Made by a program: the position numbers and the translations under genes
Shown here: piece after piece, positions 9,293 through 17,934 of the stretch
Layout: the number at the start of each line of letters is the position of its first letter
Numbering within the stretch: the first letter of the stretch is position 1
NCBI GenBank assembly: GCA_046704725.1
Contig: JBJKRI010000005.1
Span: 64,001 to 128,000, forward strand
Reading direction: 5' to 3'
Length of the DNA: 64,000 bases
Source: Candidatus Woesearchaeota archaeon
GTDB taxonomy: Archaea; Nanobdellota; Nanobdellia; Woesearchaeales; SKIA01
The notes under the pieces: generated by a model
Databases searched by the model: none
What the model was told of the DNA's origin: nothing
What the model saw: the letters and a program-made list of their open reading frames with translations, nothing else

Positions 9293-11896
9293 ATGGCGTA
9301 CGAGGTGACCATCGGCCGCAGCGAGGCCGATCGCAAGCGGCTCGGGCTGCAGGGCTGCGTGCTCTTGGGAAAGCACTACGTCAAGATGGGCCAGACATCG
9401 TCATTGTCGAACGAGGTCTTCTTGGACGTGAGCCGCAGCCACGTCGTGTTCTTGAGCGGCAAGCGTGGCAGCGGGAAGTGCCTTGTGGCGGGGACGAGAG
9501 TGACGCTTGGGGATGGATCGGTCGTTCCTATCGAACAACTCGCGGAGAGCAGGACGGACATCCTCTCGCTCGATGCGAGCTTGAAGATCTCTCCAGCCAA
9601 AAGAGAGGGTTTCTACTCGCGTCAGGTCCGGCGGGTCCTGAGTATCCAGCTACGATCGGGGCGAGAGATCACGCTTACCCCAGAACATCCGCTCCTCACC
9701 GTCCGAGGCTGGGTTCAAGCGCAGAACCTCACTGTCAACGACCGTATTGCGACGCCCCGTGAAGAAGCAGTCTTTGGGGATGAAGAGTTGGGAGATGCGC
9801 CTGTCAAGCTCCTCGCTTACTTCATCGCCGAGGGACACACGAAGGGGCATTATGTCCGTTTCGTGAATTTCGATCCTGAGATTGTGGACGACTTCAAGCA
9901 GGCGGTCGCTGAATTCGATACACGCGCCAGACTAGCAGAAGTCCGTCCTAGCCATTTCGCTGTCTATCGGAACACAGCCAAATATGACCCTGCAGGAGTC
10001 ACACGGGACGAGCGTGGCAGGATCACAGGCGGATCCATGCGTGTCCACGAGCGAACACGCTGTGATGAGTTATTGATTACGCAGGGTGTGAAAGGAAAAT
10101 TGGCGGCCGAGAAATCCGTTCCCGAAGCGGTGTTCCGACTCCCGAAGACACGACTAGCGCTATTCCTCAACCGCCTATTCAGCTGCGATGGAACGATATA
10201 CGAGAAGAAGAATTCCCACTCCTGTATGTGGCAAGTGCAGTACGCGAGCAAATCGAAACGACTCATCCAAGACGTACAGCATCTCCTGCTTCGCTTCGGG
10301 ATACTGTCTTCTATCCGTAGAAAGAACGTAAAATGCAACGGCAAGCGCTTCTTGAATTTCGAACTCACAGTTCAGGATACTAAGCGATATCTCGATGAGA
10401 TTGGTTTTGTCGGAGAAAAGCATGTCCGTGCTCAGCGCGCCAAAAAGGAGCTGAGTCAAGTGGTGCACAACCCGAATGTCGACACGATACCTCGCGAATT
10501 ATGGGACTTCTATCGTCCGAAGAGTTGGGCGGCCGTGGGGCGGACGATGGGATACGCTTACCCGAAGGCAATGCGCGAGAGCATGCGATATTCTCCCTCA
10601 AGGCAGAAGCTCCTGCAGATCGCGATGGCGGACGAGCGAGAGGATATTCGTTTGCTTGCGCAATCGGATATATTCTGGGACTCGGTCGCGTCCATCACTG
10701 AGCGGCGAGGCATCTTCACGGTGTATGATATCACAGTGCCGGGGAACCACAATTTCGTGGCGAACGATATAATCGTCCATAATTCGCACACCCTTGGGGT
10801 GCTCGCTGAGGGGATATCTTCATTGCCTCCCGATGTGGCGAAGAACATCGCGGTCATCATCCTTGACACCATGGGCATCTTCTGGACGATGAAATACCCG
10901 AACCAGCGCGACCGCGACCTGCTCGAGGAATGGGGCATGCGCCCGCACGGCCTGGACGTCGAGGTGTTCGTGCCGCAAGGGCTCTACCAGGACCTGGTGG
11001 ATGCCGGGATTCCGGCGGACAAGCCGTTCGGCATCGCGCCCTCGGAGCTGTCGCCGGGACAATGGGTGAACGTCTTCGGCCTCTCGCCGACGAGCGGCAC
11101 CGGAGCGTTGCTCGAAGAAGTTGTGGCAGAACTGCAGGAGAAGGGAGACTTCACGCTCGACCAACTGCTCAAGGCCGTGAACAAGAAGGACGCCGACAAG
11201 GCATCCTTGCGCGCGGCCGATAACCTCATCCGGGCCGCGCAGCGCTGGGGAATCTTCAGCGACAAGTCAACCCGCCTATCGGACCTCATCACTCCGGGGA
11301 AAGTGACGGTGCTCGATGTGAGCCCGTACGCGACACTGTCGGGGACGTGGAACATCCGCGCGTTGGTCATCGGCATCGTCGCGCAAAAACTCTTCACCGA
11401 ACGCATGCTGGCTCGGCGCCACGAGGAGCACGAGGAGCTCGAGAAGGAGCTGGCCTTCCAGCCCGAGGACGAGCAGGGAGACCCCGTCGTGTGGATGCTG
11501 ATAGACGAGGCGCACGAGTTCCTGCCGAAGGAAGGCAGCACGCCCGCCACCGACGCTCTTGTGACATTGCTGCGCGAAGGACGGCAGCCGGGCGTGAGCC
11601 TGGTATTGGCGAGCCAGCAACCGGGAAAGATCCACACCGACGTCATGACTCAGAGCGATATCATCATCAGCCACCGCGTGACCGCGAAAGTGGATACCGA
11701 CGCGCTCTCCATGCTCACGCAGAGCTACATGCGCGGGGACCTCGACGTATTGCTCAACGAACTGCCGCGCATGAAAGGGGCCGCTGTCGTCCTGGACGAC
11801 AGCAACGAGAAGATCTACAGCATCCGCGTGCGGCCGCGCTTCACCTGGCACGGTGGCAGCGACCCCGACGCGTTGCGCGGAGTGACCGAACTGTGA
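9293..11896 (+). CDS. HerA/FtsK-like DUF87 ATPase containing an intein
   Basis: Start MAYEVTIGR (ATG 9293); Walker A GKRGSGK|S split by the intein; LIDEAHEF Walker B; REGRQPG..ASQQP. Confidence 0.9.
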   Translation: MAYEVTIGRSEADRKRLGLQGCVLLGKHYVKMGQTSSLSNEVFLDVSRSHVVFLSGKRGSGKCLVAGTRVTLGDGSVVPIEQLAESRTDILSLDASLKISPAKREGFYSRQVRRVLSIQLRSGREITLTPEHPLLTVRGWVQAQNLTVNDRIATPREEAVFGDEELGDAPVKLLAYFIAEGHTKGHYVRFVNFDPEIVDDFKQAVAEFDTRARLAEVRPSHFAVYRNTAKYDPAGVTRDERGRITGGSMRVHERTRCDELLITQGVKGKLAAEKSVPEAVFRLPKTRLALFLNRLFSCDGTIYEKKNSHSCMWQVQYASKSKRLIQDVQHLLLRFGILSSIRRKNVKCNGKRFLNFELTVQDTKRYLDEIGFVGEKHVRAQRAKKELSQVVHNPNVDTIPRELWDFYRPKSWAAVGRTMGYAYPKAMRESMRYSPSRQKLLQIAMADEREDIRLLAQSDIFWDSVASITERRGIFTVYDITVPGNHNFVANDIIVHNSHTLGVLAEGISSLPPDVAKNIAVIILDTMGIFWTMKYPNQRDRDLLEEWGMRPHGLDVEVFVPQGLYQDLVDAGIPADKPFGIAPSELSPGQWVNVFGLSPTSGTGALLEEVVAELQEKGDFTLDQLLKAVNKKDADKASLRAADNLIRAAQRWGIFSDKSTRLSDLITPGKVTVLDVSPYATLSGTWNIRALVIGIVAQKLFTERMLARRHEEHEELEKELAFQPEDEQGDPVVWMLIDEAHEFLPKEGSTPATDALVTLLREGRQPGVSLVLASQQPGKIHTDVMTQSDIIISHRVTAKVDTDALSMLTQSYMRGDLDVLLNELPRMKGAAVVLDDSNEKIYSIRVRPRFTWHGGSDPDALRGVTEL
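9479..10783 (+). mobile_element. Intein (435 aa) with LAGLIDADG homing endonuclease
   Basis: Starts CLVAGT, TPEHP block B, LLAYFIAEG and FLNRLFSCDG LAGLIDADG motifs, VYDITV..HNFVAN..VHN/S C-terminus; visibly more A/T-rich than the host gene. Confidence 0.96.
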
Positions 11897-12282
11897 TTCA
11901 CCGGGACGTCGCTGTCGTGGCTTTGTATCAGGACGGGAAGGTCCTGCTGCAAGACCGCCGGTCCATCAGCAAGGTGGGCGAGAAATGGGGTTTGTTCGGC
12001 GGTGGCATCGAGGAGGGCGAGACTCCCGAGCAAGCCGTTCGTCGGGAGGTGCGCGAGGAGTTGGATATGCGTCTCGGCGAGCTGGCATCCCTCGGCCGCT
12101 TCACCTACGAGGATGCTGGCTTCCACGCCGATATCTGGGCGTTCGCCGCTCCCTGCCCACCCGTGGAGTCGCTGCAGTTGCATGAAGGGGACGGTTTCGA
12201 GCTCGTCCCGTTCGCTGAGGCGCGAGGGCGGCTCTTCGGCAGCGACCCGCAGATACTGGCCGCGCTCGAGCAATGGCTCTAG
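11893..12282 (+). CDS. NUDIX hydrolase
   Basis: GGGIEEGETPEQAVRREVREEL Nudix box; GTG start overlaps the upstream TGA. Confidence 0.9.
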   Translation: MIHRDVAVVALYQDGKVLLQDRRSISKVGEKWGLFGGGIEEGETPEQAVRREVREELDMRLGELASLGRFTYEDAGFHADIWAFAAPCPPVESLQLHEGDGFELVPFAEARGRLFGSDPQILAALEQWL

Positions 12283-12611
12283 GGCTTTTTCTCGCGCTTG
12301 GCGATCTCCTCGACGAGGCGGGAGATATCCTTGCGCACGTCTTGCAACGAGAGCATGGTGCGGTACGCGATGTAGAAGAGCAGGATGATGGAGAGGTAGA
12401 TGACCACGGTGCTGCCCTGCTGGCCGCCGAGGAGCTGCCCGATGTCGTCGAGCACGCCCGTGAAGAACATCATCACGCTGCCCACGATCCAGATGGCCGT
12501 CCAGAACATCGCCCACGCGCCCGTGATGCGGCGGCGCTGGAACTGGATGACTGTGCTGACGACCATGATCGCCGCGACGACCAGGAAGAAGATGCCGAAG
12601 GGAGTCACCAT
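12279..12611 (-). CDS. DUF2304-like small membrane protein
   Basis: Three TM helices and C-terminal ISRLVEEIA; typical partner of DPM-like GT2. Confidence 0.8.
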   Translation of the reverse strand: MVTPFGIFFLVVAAIMVVSTVIQFQRRRITGAWAMFWTAIWIVGSVMMFFTGVLDDIGQLLGGQQGSTVVIYLSIILLFYIAYRTMLSLQDVRKDISRLVEEIAKREKKP

Positions 12612-13270
12612 CCGAACACCTTCCGCGCGAGCAGCTTGAAGCCCATGCGTATCGCCTTGAGCGGGTGCTGTCCCTTCTCGTGATAGACGATGGTGACCGG
12701 CACCTCTTTCCAGCGCAGGTGGTTGCGGCCGGTCTCCTCGACGAAGTCCGACGCATGCTCCATGCCGTCGAACGTGATGACGATGCGCTTCGCGGCCTTC
12801 TTGTTGAGGGCGCGTAGGCCGTTGTGGCTGTCGGTCAATCGGATGCCGCTGAAGATCCACATGACCAGGGCGCCGAGCTTGAGGACGAACCGCTTCCCTG
12901 CGGTGATGTTCACGGCTTTCCCGAGGAAGCGGCTGCCGAAGACGATATCCGCTTTCCCGTCCTCGATGGGCTTGAGCAGGCGCGGAATGTCAGAGACCTG
13001 GTGCTGGCCGTCGGCGTCGAAAGTGACGATCGCTTCCGCACCGTAGTCGGCGGCGTAATGGATGCCCGTGCGCAAGGCCGCTCCCTGCCCGCGGTTGATG
13101 ATGTGCTGGAGGACGGTGGCGCCCGCTTTCTCCGCGATGGACGCGGTCTTGTCCGATGAACCGTCGTCCACGATGACGACCCAGTCGTAGCCCGCCTTCT
13201 TCAGATCGCGGACGACGCTCGCGAGGCGTTTTTCCTCGTTATAGGCCGCGACCACCACGCACGTCTTCAT
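12605..13270 (-). CDS. GT2, dolichol-phosphate glycosyltransferase-like
   Basis: VDDGSSD, NRGQGAAL, FDADGQH, GSRF, TDSHNG motifs. Confidence 0.93.
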   Translation of the reverse strand: MKTCVVVAAYNEEKRLASVVRDLKKAGYDWVVIVDDGSSDKTASIAEKAGATVLQHIINRGQGAALRTGIHYAADYGAEAIVTFDADGQHQVSDIPRLLKPIEDGKADIVFGSRFLGKAVNITAGKRFVLKLGALVMWIFSGIRLTDSHNGLRALNKKAAKRIVITFDGMEHASDFVEETGRNHLRWKEVPVTIVYHEKGQHPLKAIRMGFKLLARKVFGW

Positions 13271-13313
13271 GGGGTTGGTTGGGGAATATCGTATTTATAT
13301 GTGTGCGTTTGCC

Positions 13314-13413
13314 TGTGTAGTGCCTAAATACATTTTGTGTAGTGGGCATTCATACAGTAGGAAAATTGTTTTTAAGCGGCAGCGACATGAATAAAAAGAG
13401 GAGTGGTGCCTAA
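13314..13413 (+). promoter_or_regulatory. Direct repeats in an AT-rich promoter region, putative operator sites
   Basis: TGTGTAGTG at 13314 and 13336 (22-bp spacing); GTGTAGTGCCTAA at 13315 vs GAGTGGTGCCTAA at 13401. Confidence 0.5.
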
Positions 13414-13420
13414 TACTAGC

Positions 13421-13558
13421 GTGTTCTTGCGCAAGAAACGCATCAACGGCCACACCTACTGGTACCTGGTGGAGAACCGCCGGGAGAACGGCAAGGTGCG
13501 CCAGCATGTCGTGCGCTACATCGGTAAAGCCGAACGGCTCGCGGAGGGAAGGCCATGA
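13421..13558 (+). CDS. 45-aa basic protein resembling the N-terminal DNA-binding domain of IS1634 transposases / SSV1 D-335-like domain (not in the ORF track)
   Basis: Hand translation MFLRKKRINGHTYWYLVENRRENGKVRQHVVRYIGKAERLAEGRP; ATGA coupling with the downstream gene. Confidence 0.8.
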   Translation: MFLRKKRINGHTYWYLVENRRENGKVRQHVVRYIGKAERLAEGRP

Positions 13559-16500
13559 ACAAGGACGTGATCCTCCTGTTGCTGCTGCTCGTGCCGGCCG
13601 TGCACGCATTGTCGCTGGACAACACCCTCTACGTGCAGGGACAGCCGATCGTCGTTCACACCGGAGGGCAGACCCTCACGGTGCAGACGCCCGACGGCAT
13701 CTACACGTTGCTGGGGACCAGCAACGACGTGAGCTTCCCGACGAGCACGCCTGGAAGATATGTCTTCAAGACGCCGGGAGCGACGGTGTCGGCGACCGTC
13801 TCCAGAGCGTACAGCGTGCTCCTGCGCTCGGCGAACGGCGCGAGCACGGTGCAAGCGGCGACGGACGGAACACAGACACGCATCGACATCCCCGGATTCA
13901 CCGACGTGCGCACGCAAGGGATGCCGCCCGCTTCAGTTCGCATCACACCGGACATGGGCCGGCGATGGGGCTTCGCGGACACGTACGCGGCCGACCCCGG
14001 GAACGGGGCGTACACCCTTACGCGCATCGCGAAAGGCAGCAAGCTGTACAAGTGCGCGAACTACGACTATGCGGCGGAGCGCTGCAACGGCGGCTGGAGC
14101 TATCTGCAAAGCATCACGCCCGGAGCGCCGTACACGATACGCGTCACGGGAAGCGACCCGGCGTTCGGGGAAGGGAGCACGCAAGGAACGCCAGACAGCT
14201 GCCTGTACACGGACGAGTCTGGGGCGGGGACGGCGGTGAACGCGGACTGCCTGTCGGAGGTGCAGACGGCGAACAACGGCACCACAGTGCAGGTCATCGA
14301 CAACGAGGGGAGCGGCGGAACAAGCCACATCGACGTGAACTTCACGAACACCCTGAGCGTGCAGAGCATCACCGCAGTGAACGTGACGTACCGCTACCAG
14401 CGCGTCACCAACACGCAGGTCGGCGCGACGACAGCGAGCTTCCAGATCTATACGGCGGGCGCGTGGACCACGGCGTGCACCACGACGGTGCCGATCGGGA
14501 CGTGGGGGGACTACACGTGCGACCTATCTGCGTACATCACCACGCAAGCGCAAGCCAACAACGTGGTGACGCGCGTGGTGTTCAGCACGGCGAAGAGCGG
14601 CAAGCCATCGAGCACGGGGACCGTCTACGTGGACGAGGCGTATCTCTCCATGGACTATGTCTACGCCGACATCTATCCCCCGACCTACAGCAACATTGCA
14701 TCCCAGCCAACAAGCCCCAAGACCTACGACGGCGTAGCGAGCAACTTCAGCGCGGACTGGACGGACGACGTGGGGGTCACGACCGTGTACCGGGAGGACA
14801 ACTTCACCGGGACAGTACAGAACACGACCGTGACGGGAGGGCCGACATACCAGTCGAGCGCGACGCTCGGCGCGGGGACATATGAGTGGCGTGAACTGGC
14901 GACGGACGCGGCCGGGAACTGGAACGACACGATGCCCTACCAGACCTACGTGGTGGACAAGGCGACCGGACAGGTGTATCTCACGCTCAACGGCACGCAC
15001 GGCGACCTCACCATCGACCAAGGAAGGACCGTCACGATAGGCGGCACGCGGACGGCGGGAGAGACGACGATGCTCTTGTACGAGAACGGCAGCCTGCTCA
15101 CGAGCGGCACGAGCATCAGCCTGCCGCGGACGTACAACACGCCGGGAGAGTACAACCTGACCTTGAGCATGGCCGCGACGCAGAACTACACCGCCGCGCA
15201 GGAGAGCTGGAACCTGACCGTGCTGGACGTCACGCCGCCGGGACCCATAACCAGCCTGACGAACCAGAGCGCGGGACAGACCTGGATCTACTGGACCTGG
15301 ACCAACCCGCCGGACACGGACTACAGCCATGCCGAGGTCTCCATCAACGGGACGTTCTACGCGAACGTCACCACGCCGCACGTGAACGTGACCGGACTGC
15401 TCGCCGGGACGCTGTACCAGATCGCCGTGCGGACGGTGGACACGAGTGGGAACGTGAACACGACGAGCGTGACCGGGCTCGGACAGACCCTCACCAGCAC
15501 GGACGTCACTCCGCCGAGCATCACCTCGGTGGCGGCGACGAACATACAGGACAGCGAAGCGACCATCACGTGGCTGACCAACGAGATCGCGGACAGCGTG
15601 GTGAAGTACGGCACCACGAGCGGGAGCTACACGAACACCAACACCAACCATTCCTATACGACCACGCACAGCGCGACGCTCACCGGGCTTGTCCCGAGCA
15701 CGATCTACTACTACGTCGTCAACAGTAGCGACCCCGCTGCGAACAGCAACCAGAGCGCGCAATACAGCTTCACGACCGGGCCGGACGTGACGCCCCCGCG
15801 TTACGGGAGCACGAGCGCCACGCCGGCGAGCGGCTCGACGTACCCGTTGACGGCGACGTTCAACGCGACGTGGACGGACAACGGCGCTCTCGGCATGGTG
15901 GATATCGAGGACAACTTCACAGGCGCGTGGCGCAACGACACGATGACAGCGGTCGGCGGCGGACTGTACACGTTCACCGCGGCATTGGCAGCGGGCAACT
16001 ACTCCTGGCGGAGCGTCGCGAACGACACGGCAGGCAACCGCAACAACAGCATGGCGTACATGACGTATACTGTGGCCAAGGCGGCGGGTCAGGCGCGACT
16101 CCTCCTCAACGCCTCGGACGCGAACCTGACGGTGGACCAAGACATCATCGTGAACGTCACCGCGCAACGCACAGCAGGAGAAGGGAAGATGGACGTACTC
16201 GAGAACGGTACGAGCATCGGTACGGGCAGTCCACCGGTCTACGTGCTCAAGAACTACACGATGCCAGGGACGTACCTGCTCACAGCACGGCTCAACGCGA
16301 CGCAGAACTACACTGCAGCGCAGGCGAACCACACGCTCACCGTGCTCGACACACAGCCGCCGAGCGTGACACTCATACAACCCTTCGACGGCAAGACGAG
16401 CACGCTGGCGCTCGTGCAGTTCGACTACTTGGCGTCGGACAACGTCGCCGTGCGGAACTGCACCTTGTATGTGGACGGAACAGCGAACCAGACGAACGGT

Positions 16501-17934
16501 ACCATCACCGGAGGAACGAACAGATTCTGGCAGACGTTCAACGACGGCGTGTACACTTGGAACGTGGGGTGCACGGACACGTCAGGGAACGCGGCGAACG
16601 CATCCGCGGCGCGGACGCTCAACGTGAGCATCATCCCGCCATGGATACCGACCGACGCGAACCACAGCGTGAACGGGAACGTGACCAGCCAGGTGAACGC
16701 GAGCGACAACGTGACGACATCGCTCAACAAGAACGAGATAGTGACGGTGGACACGTGGTCGCACAGCGCGCCGAGCAACGCGAACGTCTCCGGCGTGACG
16801 GCGTACTGCGAGATCGACAGCGCGGTGCGCGGTGCGCAGCTGTACTTCGAGTATTACACGGGAACGAACTGGTCGGCCGACGTGTGCCCGGGGGCGCAGG
16901 ACGGAGTGGGAACGTTCAGCTGCGACCTGTACGCGCAAGGCGTCACGAGCGTGTCGGCGCTCAACGCGTTGCAGGTGCGCTGCATCGACCGGGACGCGGA
17001 CGCCAGCTCGTCGTCGCAAGCCACGCTCGACTACGTCTACGTCCAGCCGGACTGGACGCTCATCCAGAAGCCCGACTTTGCCGTGGCGGACGCGAACCTG
17101 ACCTTGCCCGTCTCGCCGTCCGAGGGGGAGACGGTCACGCTGCACGCGAACGTGTCGAACATCGGGGTGGTGGGAGCCACCGCGCTCGTGGAGTTCTACG
17201 CCGATGGCACACCGATCGGCAACAGCAGCGTCCTCATCGATGCGGGAGGAATGGTCGAGTTCAACCAGACGTGGACCGCGCATGTGGGCCAATCGAACAT
17301 CAGCGTCGTCGTCGATCCCCTGGGCACCGTGAGCGAGCTCAACGAGACCAACAACAACGCGAGCGGCCTGGTGAACGTGAGCCTCTGGCAGACCTATTAC
17401 GGGAACACGTACAAGCGCTTCCTCGCGCTCGCCTCGGGCAACCAGTTCGCGTACAACTGGAGCAACAGCAACCTCCAGGGCAATATCTTCGCGGCCGACG
17501 CGGACGCGAACGTGAACGTGCTCGCCTTGCAGGCATTGACGCGCACGCCCTCGGGCACGTATAACTTCAGCGAGCTCTCCGCGGCGGACAGCCACCTAGG
17601 CAGCGCTGGACTGCCTGACAGCATCAACGCGACATACAGCAATGGAGGCGCACTGAAGGCGACGCAGACCTTCACCGTCTTCGGCACGCCGATCGCGAAC
17701 GTACCTACCGTGAACAGCACGAACACCTCTTCCTTCGTGACGGGGATACTCTACGACACGAGCGACGGCACCGGCGGCTATGACGGCACGCAGGACCTCG
17801 TGTTCATCACGCGCGTGAACCAATCGCACGTGGGCAAGTACGGCACGTACGACTACGAGTTGACGGTGCCGGCGTTCCTGAGAAACGACACGCCCGGGAC
17901 CAACGCTATCGACTTGTTCATCGAGATCACCTAG
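13555..17934 (+). CDS. Large secreted multi-domain surface protein (Ig-like/FN3/CARDB) with C-terminal WQxYYGN-family domain; putative tip adhesin
   Basis: Signal peptide, FN3-like repeats, CARDB motif VVVDPLGTVSELNETNN, many NxS/T sequons, no TM anchor. Confidence 0.9.
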   Translation: MNKDVILLLLLLVPAVHALSLDNTLYVQGQPIVVHTGGQTLTVQTPDGIYTLLGTSNDVSFPTSTPGRYVFKTPGATVSATVSRAYSVLLRSANGASTVQAATDGTQTRIDIPGFTDVRTQGMPPASVRITPDMGRRWGFADTYAADPGNGAYTLTRIAKGSKLYKCANYDYAAERCNGGWSYLQSITPGAPYTIRVTGSDPAFGEGSTQGTPDSCLYTDESGAGTAVNADCLSEVQTANNGTTVQVIDNEGSGGTSHIDVNFTNTLSVQSITAVNVTYRYQRVTNTQVGATTASFQIYTAGAWTTACTTTVPIGTWGDYTCDLSAYITTQAQANNVVTRVVFSTAKSGKPSSTGTVYVDEAYLSMDYVYADIYPPTYSNIASQPTSPKTYDGVASNFSADWTDDVGVTTVYREDNFTGTVQNTTVTGGPTYQSSATLGAGTYEWRELATDAAGNWNDTMPYQTYVVDKATGQVYLTLNGTHGDLTIDQGRTVTIGGTRTAGETTMLLYENGSLLTSGTSISLPRTYNTPGEYNLTLSMAATQNYTAAQESWNLTVLDVTPPGPITSLTNQSAGQTWIYWTWTNPPDTDYSHAEVSINGTFYANVTTPHVNVTGLLAGTLYQIAVRTVDTSGNVNTTSVTGLGQTLTSTDVTPPSITSVAATNIQDSEATITWLTNEIADSVVKYGTTSGSYTNTNTNHSYTTTHSATLTGLVPSTIYYYVVNSSDPAANSNQSAQYSFTTGPDVTPPRYGSTSATPASGSTYPLTATFNATWTDNGALGMVDIEDNFTGAWRNDTMTAVGGGLYTFTAALAAGNYSWRSVANDTAGNRNNSMAYMTYTVAKAAGQARLLLNASDANLTVDQDIIVNVTAQRTAGEGKMDVLENGTSIGTGSPPVYVLKNYTMPGTYLLTARLNATQNYTAAQANHTLTVLDTQPPSVTLIQPFDGKTSTLALVQFDYLASDNVAVRNCTLYVDGTANQTNGTITGGTNRFWQTFNDGVYTWNVGCTDTSGNAANASAARTLNVSIIPPWIPTDANHSVNGNVTSQVNASDNVTTSLNKNEIVTVDTWSHSAPSNANVSGVTAYCEIDSAVRGAQLYFEYYTGTNWSADVCPGAQDGVGTFSCDLYAQGVTSVSALNALQVRCIDRDADASSSSQATLDYVYVQPDWTLIQKPDFAVADANLTLPVSPSEGETVTLHANVSNIGVVGATALVEFYADGTPIGNSSVLIDAGGMVEFNQTWTAHVGQSNISVVVDPLGTVSELNETNNNASGLVNVSLWQTYYGNTYKRFLALASGNQFAYNWSNSNLQGNIFAADADANVNVLALQALTRTPSGTYNFSELSAADSHLGSAGLPDSINATYSNGGALKATQTFTVFGTPIANVPTVNSTNTSSFVTGILYDTSDGTGGYDGTQDLVFITRVNQSHVGKYGTYDYELTVPAFLRNDTPGTNAIDLFIEIT

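Noticed and set aside
13421-13558. Complete IS1634 element
   Set aside because: Only the N-terminal-like domain is present; no DDE domain, terminal inverted repeats or target duplication seen.
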